Notes under the pieces: generated by a model
The model's database searches: none
Seen by the model: only the letters and a program-made list of their open reading frames with translations
What the model was told of the DNA's origin: nothing
Assembly (NCBI GenBank): GCA_023428025.1
Contig: JAEYZN010000039.1
Coordinates: 9,439-73,438, forward strand
DNA from: Bacillota bacterium
GTDB lineage: Bacteria > Bacillota > Clostridia > Christensenellales > SZUA-584
DNA length: 64,000 nucleotides
Reading direction: 5' to 3'
Made by a program: the position numbers and the translations under genes
In this document: positions 45,963 to 54,685 of the stretch, in pieces
How the letters are laid out: every line of letters starts with the position of its first letter
How positions within the stretch are numbered: position 1 is the first letter of the stretch

Positions 45963-46103
45963 ATGGACAGGAATTCTAGCTGGAAGAATGGCACGGAGCA
46001 GAACAACCGGAACAACCAGAACGAACAGAAGAACCGGAACGAGCAGAAGAACCGCAATAAGGACAACTGCCAGAACAGGCAGCAGAATAAGGATAACAAA
46101 TAA
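45963..46103 (+). CDS. 46-aa N/Q/K-rich low-complexity peptide (not listed as such in the ORF track)
   Basis: AAGGGGA RBS 6 nt before the ATG. MDRNSSWKNGTEQNNRNNQNEQKNRNEQKNRNKDNCQNRQQNKDNK with an internal 18-bp repeat. Confidence 0.4.
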   Translation: MDRNSSWKNGTEQNNRNNQNEQKNRNEQKNRNKDNCQNRQQNKDNK

Positions 46104-46134
46104 CATCCTTTCCTGTTGCCCATGTCTGTGCACA

Positions 46135-46163
46135 AGAATAAGAAGCATTAATGCTTCTTATTC
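46135..46163. terminator. Perfect 13-bp-stem hairpin between convergent genes
   Basis: GAATAAGAAGCAT-TA-ATGCTTCTTATTC. Confidence 0.6.
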
Positions 46164-46215
46164 CTTATCAAGCGTATCTCCCGCCGCCTGCGTTAACGTC
46201 TTCGGTATAAATTGC

Positions 46216-46491
46216 TTATGTGATATTGTCAAATTGCCCCCGGGCGTATTTGATTCCGCTTGGCAGCAGCTTGATGTTGTTCTCATCAAATTCAATAAAA
46301 TCAAAGGCCTGCAGGCTCTCGAGGTGCGTCCGGGCCTGATTCGTTGATAATCCGGCACGGCTCAAGACTGATTGCAAGCCACAGGAATCGGCGTCAAAAT
46401 TCACGGTGTCCCGGTTCTTATTTTTCCAAGCATTATACAGCTCTCTGATGATCTTTAATTCCGCATCCTGTATTTTATCGGCTATCCTCAT
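46216..46491 (-). CDS. Small winged-helix-like hypothetical protein
   Basis: AAGGA RBS before ATG 46491. ...LSRAGLSTNQARTHLESLQAFDFIEF... Confidence 0.45.
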   Translation of the reverse strand: MRIADKIQDAELKIIRELYNAWKNKNRDTVNFDADSCGLQSVLSRAGLSTNQARTHLESLQAFDFIEFDENNIKLLPSGIKYARGQFDNIT

Positions 46492-46960
46492 CGTTTTTAT
46501 CCTTATTGAAAGATCAGACAACATTCTCATCCACCATGCCTGTCAGACATTATTCTGCACAAACATCGCCTGCTTATCCTGATCGGATGTTTGAAATTCA
46601 TACTGGTTGCGCTATATAACGACCTTCCAGAGTTTTACTTCCCGTAAAGCGATCGGGCAGAATTCAGCGAAGGATATTGCTTTATACGAAAAAATGATAT
46701 ATTATGGAAACATCATCAATGAACTCAAACATGTCTCTCAGGCTGTATTTTTCCGGAACACCCCTTATTTTCATCATCGCGCTGCCGCTTCTCTATCGTA
46801 TGTCTGCCGCGCCTGTTCACCGGCGTGGCGATCTGTTTTAGAACGTGCTGCTGCGGTTATCGGTCTGAACCCCGCCCGGCATGCCGGGCACGAATATACA
46901 TATCCCTACTTTTGGATATCTCTCTGCTTGCGTCATCTCATGTATGCAGGAGGCGTCGCC

Positions 46961-47389
46961 ATGAACAAAAAACGGGCGCTCGTTGACAGGTTTCCCCCTT
47001 CGGAGCCGTGCAGCTGCGCGGTCTGCGCCGGTTATTGCATGCGCCCCGGCTGGTGGACGGTGCAGGAGGCGCACAAAGCGTTGGACGCCGGGCTTGCTTA
47101 CCGCATGATGCTGGAGCTGTCGCCCGAATTGACATTCGGCGTGCTGGCCCCGGCGCTGCGCGGCTGCGAGGGCCGGATTGCGGCGCTGCCCATGTCGTCC
47201 GGCTGCTGCTTTTTCAGCAACGGTTTATGCGAGCTGTTCGGCACGGGGCTGGAGCCGCTGGAATGCCGGTTCTGCCACCATGTGCGGGCAGACGCGGGGC
47301 AAAGCTGCCACACGGCGCTGGAGGCGGACTGGAATACTCCGGCCGGGCAGGCGCTGGTCATCCGCTGGCTCTGCGCCATCCGCAGATAA
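46961..47389 (+). CDS. Cys-rich hypothetical protein (possibly YkgJ-like zinc/iron-chelating domain)
   Basis: AGGAGG RBS. CSCAVCAGYC...SGCCFF...CELF...CRFCHH. Confidence 0.5.
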   Translation: MNKKRALVDRFPPSEPCSCAVCAGYCMRPGWWTVQEAHKALDAGLAYRMMLELSPELTFGVLAPALRGCEGRIAALPMSSGCCFFSNGLCELFGTGLEPLECRFCHHVRADAGQSCHTALEADWNTPAGQALVIRWLCAIRR

Positions 47390-47559
47390 TATGTCTCTTC
47401 GGCGCAGGCGCTGCCTTATCGGGATTGCGTGCACCCTATCCACCGACGGAGATATCCACAGAAAATGTGACAACAATCGCGGCGGCCGCGCCTGTCCTCA
47501 CGGTTGACGCGTATTTGCGCAGCATATATAGTGGTATCATAAGAAATTCCCGGAGGTAT

Positions 47560-48210
47560 ATGATGCGTTTCAGATATATCGCTCTCTTTGCCGTTATCGC
47601 CATGCTGCTGACGGCGGCGCTGGCCGGATGCGGTCCCGATGTTTCGGGCCTGGAGCCCGGCGGCCAGCCGCAGGATGAGTCAGAGTTGCCCACGCTCGCG
47701 CCCAGCCCCACCGTTTTCGTCCTGGCTACTCCCGAACCGGAAGCCGAGGCCGCCGAGGCGTCCGCCGAACCCGCGTCGGGGGAAGACGGCTACAAAGTGG
47801 GTCAGGCGATGCCCGACTTCTCGGTGCCCCTGGTGGGCGGCGGCACGTTCACGCTGTCCGAGAACCTTGGCAGGCCGGTGTTCATCAACCTGTACGCCAC
47901 CTGGTGCCCGCCCTGCGTGGGCGAGATGCCCGAGATCGACCAGCTCTATGCGGAGCTGGGCGGCGAGGTCAGCTTCATCGCCATCGACGTCGGCGAAGAC
48001 GAAGCCACCGCGCAAGCCTTCGCGGACAGCAACGGCTTCGCCATGCCCCTCGCGTATTCGGAGGACGGCGCGCCCCTGCCGGGCTACAAGATCGAGTTTA
48101 TTCCGCAAACCTTCGTGCTCAAAGCGGACGGCACCATCGCCGCCTACTTTGGCGGATCGTCCGACTACGACGGTTTTCAGGCCGCGATACAGGAGGCCAT
48201 GGCGCAATGA
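47560..48210 (+). CDS. TlpA/ResA-like thiol-disulfide oxidoreductase lipoprotein
   Basis: Lipobox LAGC, thioredoxin active site WCPPC, GGAGG RBS. Confidence 0.9.
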   Translation: MMRFRYIALFAVIAMLLTAALAGCGPDVSGLEPGGQPQDESELPTLAPSPTVFVLATPEPEAEAAEASAEPASGEDGYKVGQAMPDFSVPLVGGGTFTLSENLGRPVFINLYATWCPPCVGEMPEIDQLYAELGGEVSFIAIDVGEDEATAQAFADSNGFAMPLAYSEDGAPLPGYKIEFIPQTFVLKADGTIAAYFGGSSDYDGFQAAIQEAMAQ

Positions 48211-48353
48211 GCCGCGCAAAGAGACGGACGGTGCAGGCCGTGCTGATCGGACTCGGCGTCACGATGATCGTGCTCGGCATCGTCACCGGAGAGCTGAAGG
48301 TCATCCTCAACAAGGCGATATACATCTGTCTGGAGTGCATCGGCATTGGTTAA
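48207..48353 (+). CDS. CD1871A-family CXXC small membrane protein
   Basis: MSRAKRRTVQAVLIGLGVTMIVLGIVTGELKVILNKAIYICLECIGIG. ATGA overlap with the tlpA-like stop. Only visible as the tail of a 149-aa track ORF. Confidence 0.7.
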   Translation: MSRAKRRTVQAVLIGLGVTMIVLGIVTGELKVILNKAIYICLECIGIG

Positions 48354-49212
48354 GCGGCGGATCGTTCAGGCGCTGACGGCGCTGCTGTACAACCTGAATC
48401 TCCCCGGCTTTGCGACGGGCAGCATCTATCAGGGCAAGCTCAAAAGCATCTGCGTGCCGGGCTTCAACTGTTACTCCTGCCCCGGCGCGGTGGGCTCCTG
48501 CCCCATCGGCGCGCTCCAGTCGGCCATGGGCGCGGTGTCCCTCAAGGTCAGCTTCTACGTGGTCGGCTTTCTGATATTCGTCGGCGCGCTGGTCGGGCGG
48601 TTCATCTGCGGCTGGGCGTGCCCCTTCGGCCTGATACAGGAGCTGCTGCACAAGATACACTCCCGCAAGCTGCGGCACAAGCGGGCCTTCGGCGTGCTCA
48701 AATACGGCAAGTACGTGATGCTCGGCATTTTCGTGCTGCTGCTGCCCATCGTGTTCTATCTTGAGAGCGGCATCCCCACGCCCGCCTTCTGCAAATACAT
48801 CTGCCCCGCCGGCACGCTGGAAGCGGGCATCCCGCTGGTGGCGCTCAACGAGTCGCTGCAAAACAGCGTGGGCTGGCTGTTCTCCTGGAAGATGCTGATC
48901 CTCGTCGGGATGATCACGGCAGCGGTGTTCATCTGGCGGCCCTTCTGCCGCTTTCTCTGCCCGCTGGGCGCGGTCTACGCGCTGTTCAACAGGATATCCG
49001 TGTTCGGCATGCGCATGGAGCCCGCGGCCTGCACGCACTGCAAGGCCTGCGCCCGCGCGTGTAAAGCGGACATCGATCCCGCCAGGACGCCCAACAGCGC
49101 CGAGTGCGTGCGCTGCGGCGACTGCGTGAAGGCCTGCCCCACCGGCGCATTGAAATTCGGCATGGTGTACAAAAAAGAACCGACGGCGGATGTTCCCGAA
49201 CGGCAGGTATAA
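48346..49212 (+). CDS. NapH/MauN-like polytopic 4Fe-4S ferredoxin-type membrane protein
   Basis: CYSCPGAVGSCP, CGWACPFG, CPAGTLE, CPLGA, then CTHCKACARAC...CVRCGDCVKACP. Confidence 0.85.
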   Translation: MVKRRIVQALTALLYNLNLPGFATGSIYQGKLKSICVPGFNCYSCPGAVGSCPIGALQSAMGAVSLKVSFYVVGFLIFVGALVGRFICGWACPFGLIQELLHKIHSRKLRHKRAFGVLKYGKYVMLGIFVLLLPIVFYLESGIPTPAFCKYICPAGTLEAGIPLVALNESLQNSVGWLFSWKMLILVGMITAAVFIWRPFCRFLCPLGAVYALFNRISVFGMRMEPAACTHCKACARACKADIDPARTPNSAECVRCGDCVKACPTGALKFGMVYKKEPTADVPERQV

Positions 49213-49382
49213 TCAAAGACAAGAAACAGCAGCGAACCACGTCAGTGCAGGGTTCGCTGTTTTTTATCGGCTGTGAACCGTACCCAGGAAATATCGTTTT
49301 AAAAATTCTGTTGTTTTCTATTTTAAAGCGTATTAAGCTCACACTGAACGGTCGGGTTACGCATTTAGCGAGGAGACAGCAC

Positions 49383-49838
49383 ATGATTATGACTCTCGAG
49401 AACATCGCGCCTTGCCGCATCGCTTACATCCGAAGGGTTGGCGCTTACGGGATGGGCAACGCGCAGGCCATAAAGCAGCTGAAAAGCTGGGCGCAAGCGC
49501 ATGGCCTGCTCGGCGGCGATTCGGTCGTCCTCGGCATCGCGCGGGACGACCCTGCCGACACGAAACCCGAAGACTGCCGTTATGACGCCTGCATTGTGGT
49601 GGCAGACGATTATCGGGTCACCGGCGAACATATCAGCATCGGGACCGTCGGCGGCGGCCAATACGCCGTTTTCACCATCGCCCACACAGTGGAAGCTGTC
49701 GGTGAAGCGTGGTTGAATATCTTTTCCGAGCTGGCGTAGCGGCAATATCAGCCTGACGCTTCGTGTCCCATCCTTGAGCGGTATAAAGCCAGTATGGCGA
49801 AAGACCACCGCTGCGAAATATGCGTGCCAGTCAACTGA
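49383..49838 (+). pseudogene. GyrI-like small-molecule-binding domain protein with in-frame TAG at 49737-49739
   Basis: MIMTLENIAPCRIAYIRRVGAYG...WLNIFSELA-stop-RQYQPDASCPILERYKASMAKDHRCEICVPVN. Both halves are in the same frame and fit one roughly 150-aa GyrI-like domain. Confidence 0.75.
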
Positions 49839-49972
49839 AAGCGAGCACGGCAGCGTTGCATCAACAAGCGGATCGTTAGACCTCGACCACGGCGCTGCCC
49901 ACCTTATACCCTGTTTCGACATACCGGCGCGCATCCGCCATCTCCAGCAGAAACGTTTTGCCGACCACCGCT

Positions 49973-50200
49973 CTATTCCTCTTCATTTACGGAATAGCTG
50001 AACACCTCTTCGATGCCCACGCCGAACGCGTCGGCGATACGGAACGCCAGCTCCAGCGAGGGCGCGTATTTGCCCGCCTCAATAGAGATGATGGTTTGTC
50101 TTGAGGCGCCCGCCTTTTCGGCCAGTTCCTGCTGGGTCATCTCATCCGCAAAAAAGCGGAGCTTGCGTATATTGTTGCTGATCTCGATTTTCCTAGGCAT
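49973..50200 (-). CDS. XRE-family HTH regulator
   Basis: IRKLRFFADEMTQQELAEKAGASRQTIISIEAGKYAPS. Confidence 0.85.
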   Translation of the reverse strand: MPRKIEISNNIRKLRFFADEMTQQELAEKAGASRQTIISIEAGKYAPSLELAFRIADAFGVGIEEVFSYSVNEEE

Positions 50201-50681
50201 TTTTAACGCCCTTTCGGTAGTAATACAGGCTGATGAAGCCACCCAGCAGCGCGCCCGCGCCCATGGCCAAAAACACAATGTTGAGCATCAGCGCCGCCGC
50301 GCCGCCCAGCGCCAGCACAGCCAGCGCCGCAACAAACCCGGTGCCCACGATGGCAAACCCCACTTTGGAAGACTTGAGCTCGATGAGCTTATCCCTTTCG
50401 TCCTCCACCATCTCGGCCTTTATGGTTTTGTCTATTTTCTTTTCGTCGCAGCCCTTTTCCCGCACGGCGATGGACACGGACATTGCGATGTGAAACAATA
50501 TCTGCAGTACGATGGAGACGCCCACGCCGATGCCGATGAACACCAGCATCGTGACCGCCCACGCGTTGAGCTCTCCCGCAGCGCCCGGCCCATTGCCGCC
50601 AAACGCGTAGATGCAGTACGCACCCAGCAGCAGCACGCCCGCCACAAGGCTGGTGATCGTTCTTTTCTCCTGATATGACAT
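50193..50681 (-). CDS. Four-TM membrane protein encoded upstream of, and overlapping, the XRE gene
   Basis: Hydrophobic segments flank a charged loop (REKGCDEKKIDKTIKAEMVEDERDK). 8-nt overlap with the regulator start. Confidence 0.6.
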   Translation of the reverse strand: MSYQEKRTITSLVAGVLLLGAYCIYAFGGNGPGAAGELNAWAVTMLVFIGIGVGVSIVLQILFHIAMSVSIAVREKGCDEKKIDKTIKAEMVEDERDKLIELKSSKVGFAIVGTGFVAALAVLALGGAAALMLNIVFLAMGAGALLGGFISLYYYRKGVKNA

Positions 50682-50953
50682 AGATAATCCTTCCTTTCAA
50701 GTCGTTTCTACAAGACTAATTGTACTATTATATTTACTATATGTCAAATATATTTTACATTTAATCTTAAATTTTTTTATTCCGGAAGAGGAGTGCCGTC
50801 TATAGGCAATAAAGCGTCTTCATGCAGCGTGTGAAGGATGCTTTCACCCTGTCGCGCGAAATAAATACGGATATTTCCACGTTGAAAACGCCGTCCATTC
50901 ATGTTAAGATATGCGGCGGTTATCAATTATTTTATCTGCATAGGGAGAGTTAA

Positions 50954-51517
50954 ATGGCAACTGACAAGATTGAGACAGGCATCGCGAACGCGGGACCTCT
51001 GGGCCTTCTGGGCTTTGGCATGACGACCGTCCTGCTGAATCTGCACAACGCGAACATCATCCCCTTATCCGGCATGATCCTGGCGATGGGGCTTTGCCTT
51101 GGCGGCGCGGCGCAGATCATCGCCGGAATACTGGAATTCAAACGCAACAACATGTTCGGCGGCACGGCTTTCACGGCCTACGGATTCTTCTGGTGGTCGC
51201 TGGTGCTCGTCTGGACGAATCCTTTCGGCGGCATTGAGAAGGCCGGCGAGACGGGTATGGGCTTCTATCTGCTGCTGTGGTGCATCTTCACGGCATTCAT
51301 GTTCATCGGCACGCTCAAGCACAACCGCGCGACGCAGGTCGTGTTCCTGTCGCTGACGCTGCTGTTCGGGCTGCTGGCCGCGGGGGATTTTACCGGCGCG
51401 GCTGTCGTCAAGGTGATCGCGGGATGGGTCGGCATAGTCTGCGGCGCCTCCGCGGTCTACAACTGCCTCGCGCAGATCGTCAACCACGAATACGGCAAAA
51501 AGATGCTGCCGCTGTAA
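50954..51517 (+). CDS. satP: GPR1/FUN34/YaaH-family acetate/succinate channel
   Basis: ANAGPLGLLGFG signature, six TM helices, GGGAGAG RBS. Confidence 0.9.
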   Translation: MATDKIETGIANAGPLGLLGFGMTTVLLNLHNANIIPLSGMILAMGLCLGGAAQIIAGILEFKRNNMFGGTAFTAYGFFWWSLVLVWTNPFGGIEKAGETGMGFYLLLWCIFTAFMFIGTLKHNRATQVVFLSLTLLFGLLAAGDFTGAAVVKVIAGWVGIVCGASAVYNCLAQIVNHEYGKKMLPL

Positions 51518-51656
51518 CGTCATCCTCATAAAAGCTTTGCTGAGAAGAACAGCCGGTTTTCCGCTATTTGTGCTGGATACCGGCTGTTTATTTCATCGTT
51601 ATATAACGGACCTGAACCTTTGTCTGCCGCGCCACCCGGTGATTGCGGCAGGCGCG

Positions 51657-52178
51657 CTATTCAGGTTGTTGCAGCCTGTGCGCGAACAGGGGCGCGTATA
51701 CCAGCCGTCCGTTTTCACGGCGGCTTTCAAACAGCACCACCTCGTCCGCGGTGAACACATGGCGGCCTTCGGGGATGCGGCTGATGTCGCCGTGCGGCTG
51801 GTAATCCCGCGCGAGCGTGATGTGCGGACGGAAGCCTCGGGTCTCCCGCATGTAACCCCGCTTCTCCAGCACCGCCTCGGTCCGGTCCGCCAGCGCCGCC
51901 AGCTTGTCGGTCTCTCCCGCCACCCGAGCAGACACGATGCCGCTTTTGTTGAACATGTGCGCCGCGCCGCATTCCAGCGTGAACGCCTCCCCGCCCGCTT
52001 CCGTGATGGCATCGCACAAACCGGAGACGCTGGCGGGCGGCAGCTCGCCCAGAAACCTCAGCGTGATGTGCAGGTTGTCCGCATGGGTGAAGCGCCCCCG
52101 GCCCAGCCTTCGCAGCTCGTCCTGCAGCGCCGTCAGATAGTCCGTGCAGCCCGCCCTGATGCCGATGAACAAACGCAT
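51657..52178 (-). CDS. thpR: RNA 2',3'-cyclic phosphodiesterase (2H phosphoesterase, LigT/ThpR)
   Basis: Two HxTx motifs (HITLRF, HITLAR), 173 aa, AAGGGGA RBS. Confidence 0.85.
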   Translation of the reverse strand: MRLFIGIRAGCTDYLTALQDELRRLGRGRFTHADNLHITLRFLGELPPASVSGLCDAITEAGGEAFTLECGAAHMFNKSGIVSARVAGETDKLAALADRTEAVLEKRGYMRETRGFRPHITLARDYQPHGDISRIPEGRHVFTADEVVLFESRRENGRLVYAPLFAHRLQQPE

Positions 52179-52258
52179 GATCCATCCCCTTTTCCCGTTG
52201 TTTTTGATTCCAGTATATCAGAAAAACACAACCCCATCCTGTCAAAATAAAAAAACCA

Positions 52259-52287
52259 TTGACCGCGCCCGCGTTCCATGGTATATT
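52259..52287 (+). promoter_or_regulatory. Promoter ahead of an AT-rich leader of about 90 nt
   Basis: TTGACC 52259-64, 17 nt, TATATT 52282-87 with an upstream TG. The leader 52288-52381 is strikingly AT-rich. Confidence 0.5.
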
Positions 52288-52381
52288 ATACTTTATGCAA
52301 ATATGTAATATATTGTATTATTTGTATATTTATGATAGCACAAAAATAAACATTTGTCAATAGGTTTTTGGAGGTGTTTTC

Positions 52382-52858
52382 ATGGATCTGATGCGCATTC
52401 AACCGGCGGCGATGGCGGAAGGCCTGCTCAAATGCAACGCGGTCACCGCCAGATACGGCCTGCGCCTCTCGGAAACGGACGCAAGGGCGCTGGCGGAGAC
52501 ACAGGCCCGCATGCTGAAAGCGGCGGGGCGCGTGGCGTTCGCGGGCGGCGTGCTGGAGGAGCTGATTCTGGCGTTCTGCGACTCGCCGTACCTCCAGCAG
52601 GACAGCTACGCGGAGACGCTGGCCGAGTTGGTCGCGGCGTTCTACGACTTCAAGAACGAGACGCTGGACGAGATCGACGACGCGGAGGCCATCGCGCTGA
52701 TGAAGCGGCTGTTCGACGGGGATTACTGCGAGGGCAGTCTGGACCGGCTGCGCGAGGAGCTGCTGCCCGAGGCCGCGCGGAACGTGCGCGCGGGTCTGCC
52801 GCCCGAACTCAAGCTCAGCGGCGGCGACGAGGAGCCGGAGGACGAGTATGACGAATAA
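52382..52858 (+). CDS. Uncharacterised acidic protein (158 aa)
   Basis: GGAGGTG RBS and coding-like composition. No motif recognised (possibly a Clostridial DUF family, unverified). Confidence 0.6.
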   Translation: MDLMRIQPAAMAEGLLKCNAVTARYGLRLSETDARALAETQARMLKAAGRVAFAGGVLEELILAFCDSPYLQQDSYAETLAELVAAFYDFKNETLDEIDDAEAIALMKRLFDGDYCEGSLDRLREELLPEAARNVRAGLPPELKLSGGDEEPEDEYDE

Positions 52859-54149
52859 GCCCTCGGATAAGCCCGCCATCGGCGGCGCTCTGCCCCCGCT
52901 GCGTACCGGCGCGGGCCAATATGTGCAGGCGTTGCTCACGGCGGGCGAAGCCGCCGGGCGCGTGTCCCTGGCGCAGGCACGGGATGTACGCCTTAGTCTG
53001 GAGCGCATGCTCACCGGCCTGGCAGTGACGTATACCTTCGGCGCGAGCAGCTCCATGCCCGCACAGCCGGCACAGCAGCTGCTGTCCTCCGCCGCGTACG
53101 CCATGGGCCTCGCGCTCAAAGCAGGCCCGTCGCCCGTCGCCGCGCTGGAGCGCCTGCTGTCCACGCCGCCCGACACGCTGCGCCGCGAGGGGATCGGCCT
53201 CATTGACGCCATGGTACGCCGCGCTGGCGACAGGCTCGCCGCACTGCAGGCCGCGCCCGTCACCCACAACCGCGCGTATCTGGACACCCTGAATCACGGC
53301 CTGCCGCTATTCTTCTCGTCGTACGACAAGGCGTACGCCGCGCACGAGTCGCCCGGTTCCATCGACTATCCGCTCTGCGTGGATGTGGGTCGCCTGACGG
53401 GCATCGAGTATACGGACGCGTACATCGAAACACTGGCCGTCGAGGCCGCGTTGCTGTCGCGCTGGCCGCAGCAGGCCATCGACGCGCTGCTGCGCGGCTA
53501 CAGCCCCGGCTGGCGGGACCTGCTGGTGAACGCGTACGCGCAGACGCTGACGAACGCGCTGGGCCGCGTGCTGTGCGGCCATGACATCGCGCGCCTCGAC
53601 CTGTCGGAGGCCGACCGGGCGTTTCTCTCGCAGCGGCTGGGCCCGCTGTCCCCCGCGCGGCTGCGCGCCATGCTGGGCGTGGCGCTGGGGCGGCTGGCGC
53701 TGGATGCTGCGGGCCTCGCTTACGCGCAGCGGGCTTTGCCCGGCATCGCGGCGTCCGTCAGGGCGGCGCTGGACACCGGCCACCCGGAGACGGTGTTCGT
53801 CACCCCCGCCGCGCCGGCCGCCGCGCCGGCGCGTTTCATCGACGGGCTGGGCATGGACGACGACGCTTTCCGCGCGCTCACCGAAGCTGTGCGCGAATGC
53901 CGCCATGTATCCGATAAGCTGGCGCTCATCCGCCGCCACGTCAAAAGCCTTTCCGACCTCGCCGACCTGCTGGGCGCGGATGTGCTCTCAGGCAACGAGT
54001 TCGAGCCGCTGTTCACCGGACTGGATGAGGTGACGCTGCGGCAGCTGGCGGCTCTCGTGCCGGAGGACGGGTTCCATGCCACCGTTGCCGAGCGGGAATG
54101 GCACAACGCGCTGGCAGCTTATATCAAACAGTGCGAAGAGATCCGCTGA
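52848..54149 (+). CDS. Uncharacterised 433-aa protein, translationally coupled to 52382-52858
   Basis: 11-nt overlap with the upstream gene. Ala/Leu-rich helical protein, no catalytic motif recognised. Confidence 0.65.
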   Translation: MTNKPSDKPAIGGALPPLRTGAGQYVQALLTAGEAAGRVSLAQARDVRLSLERMLTGLAVTYTFGASSSMPAQPAQQLLSSAAYAMGLALKAGPSPVAALERLLSTPPDTLRREGIGLIDAMVRRAGDRLAALQAAPVTHNRAYLDTLNHGLPLFFSSYDKAYAAHESPGSIDYPLCVDVGRLTGIEYTDAYIETLAVEAALLSRWPQQAIDALLRGYSPGWRDLLVNAYAQTLTNALGRVLCGHDIARLDLSEADRAFLSQRLGPLSPARLRAMLGVALGRLALDAAGLAYAQRALPGIAASVRAALDTGHPETVFVTPAAPAAAPARFIDGLGMDDDAFRALTEAVRECRHVSDKLALIRRHVKSLSDLADLLGADVLSGNEFEPLFTGLDEVTLRQLAALVPEDGFHATVAEREWHNALAAYIKQCEEIR

Positions 54150-54225
54150 TAACCGGATGATTGAACAAAAAAGGCCGCCGATTGCCGACAGCCTTGTATC
54201 TCTGGTTCAGAAGTTCGCCGCTGGC

Positions 54226-54660
54226 TTACTTCACCGAGACATACCCGTTGTTGTAATCGCCGTAAATAAATTCCACCACGTCATTGTCCGCCAGCGCCTG
54301 CGTGCCCATGCCGAGCTCCGACAAAGCCTGGTTGACATAGAACATCCAGAAGTTCGGGTTCTCACTGACGAGGTCGCCAATGCCGTTCAGGAACATGCTC
54401 TCCGGCGTCTGCTCGTCCACGACGTCCAGCGTCAGCTTTTTGGCTTCCGCGGCGGCCTTCAATGCCATGTACACCGTGGGGCTGTCGTCCACCACCTTCA
54501 CCTTGTCGTCAAACAGCTTCTCTCCGTCCATGGTCACGATACGCAGCGCCACCGTCGTCGCCTTGTCACCGCTGCCGTTATAGGTGGCCACGGAGGCGCA
54601 TCCGGCGAAGAGCATCAGCGCAACCGTCAGGCACAGCACGATGGAAATTACTTTCTTCAT
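54226..54660 (-). CDS. DUF4430 (transcobalamin-like fold) lipoprotein
   Basis: Lipobox LFAGC. ...FWMFYVNQ...DNDVVEFIY C-terminal pattern. AAGGAG RBS. Confidence 0.7.
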   Translation of the reverse strand: MKKVISIVLCLTVALMLFAGCASVATYNGSGDKATTVALRIVTMDGEKLFDDKVKVVDDSPTVYMALKAAAEAKKLTLDVVDEQTPESMFLNGIGDLVSENPNFWMFYVNQALSELGMGTQALADNDVVEFIYGDYNNGYVSVK

Positions 54661-54685
54661 TACAGGTTCTCCTTTGTTAAGTGGT

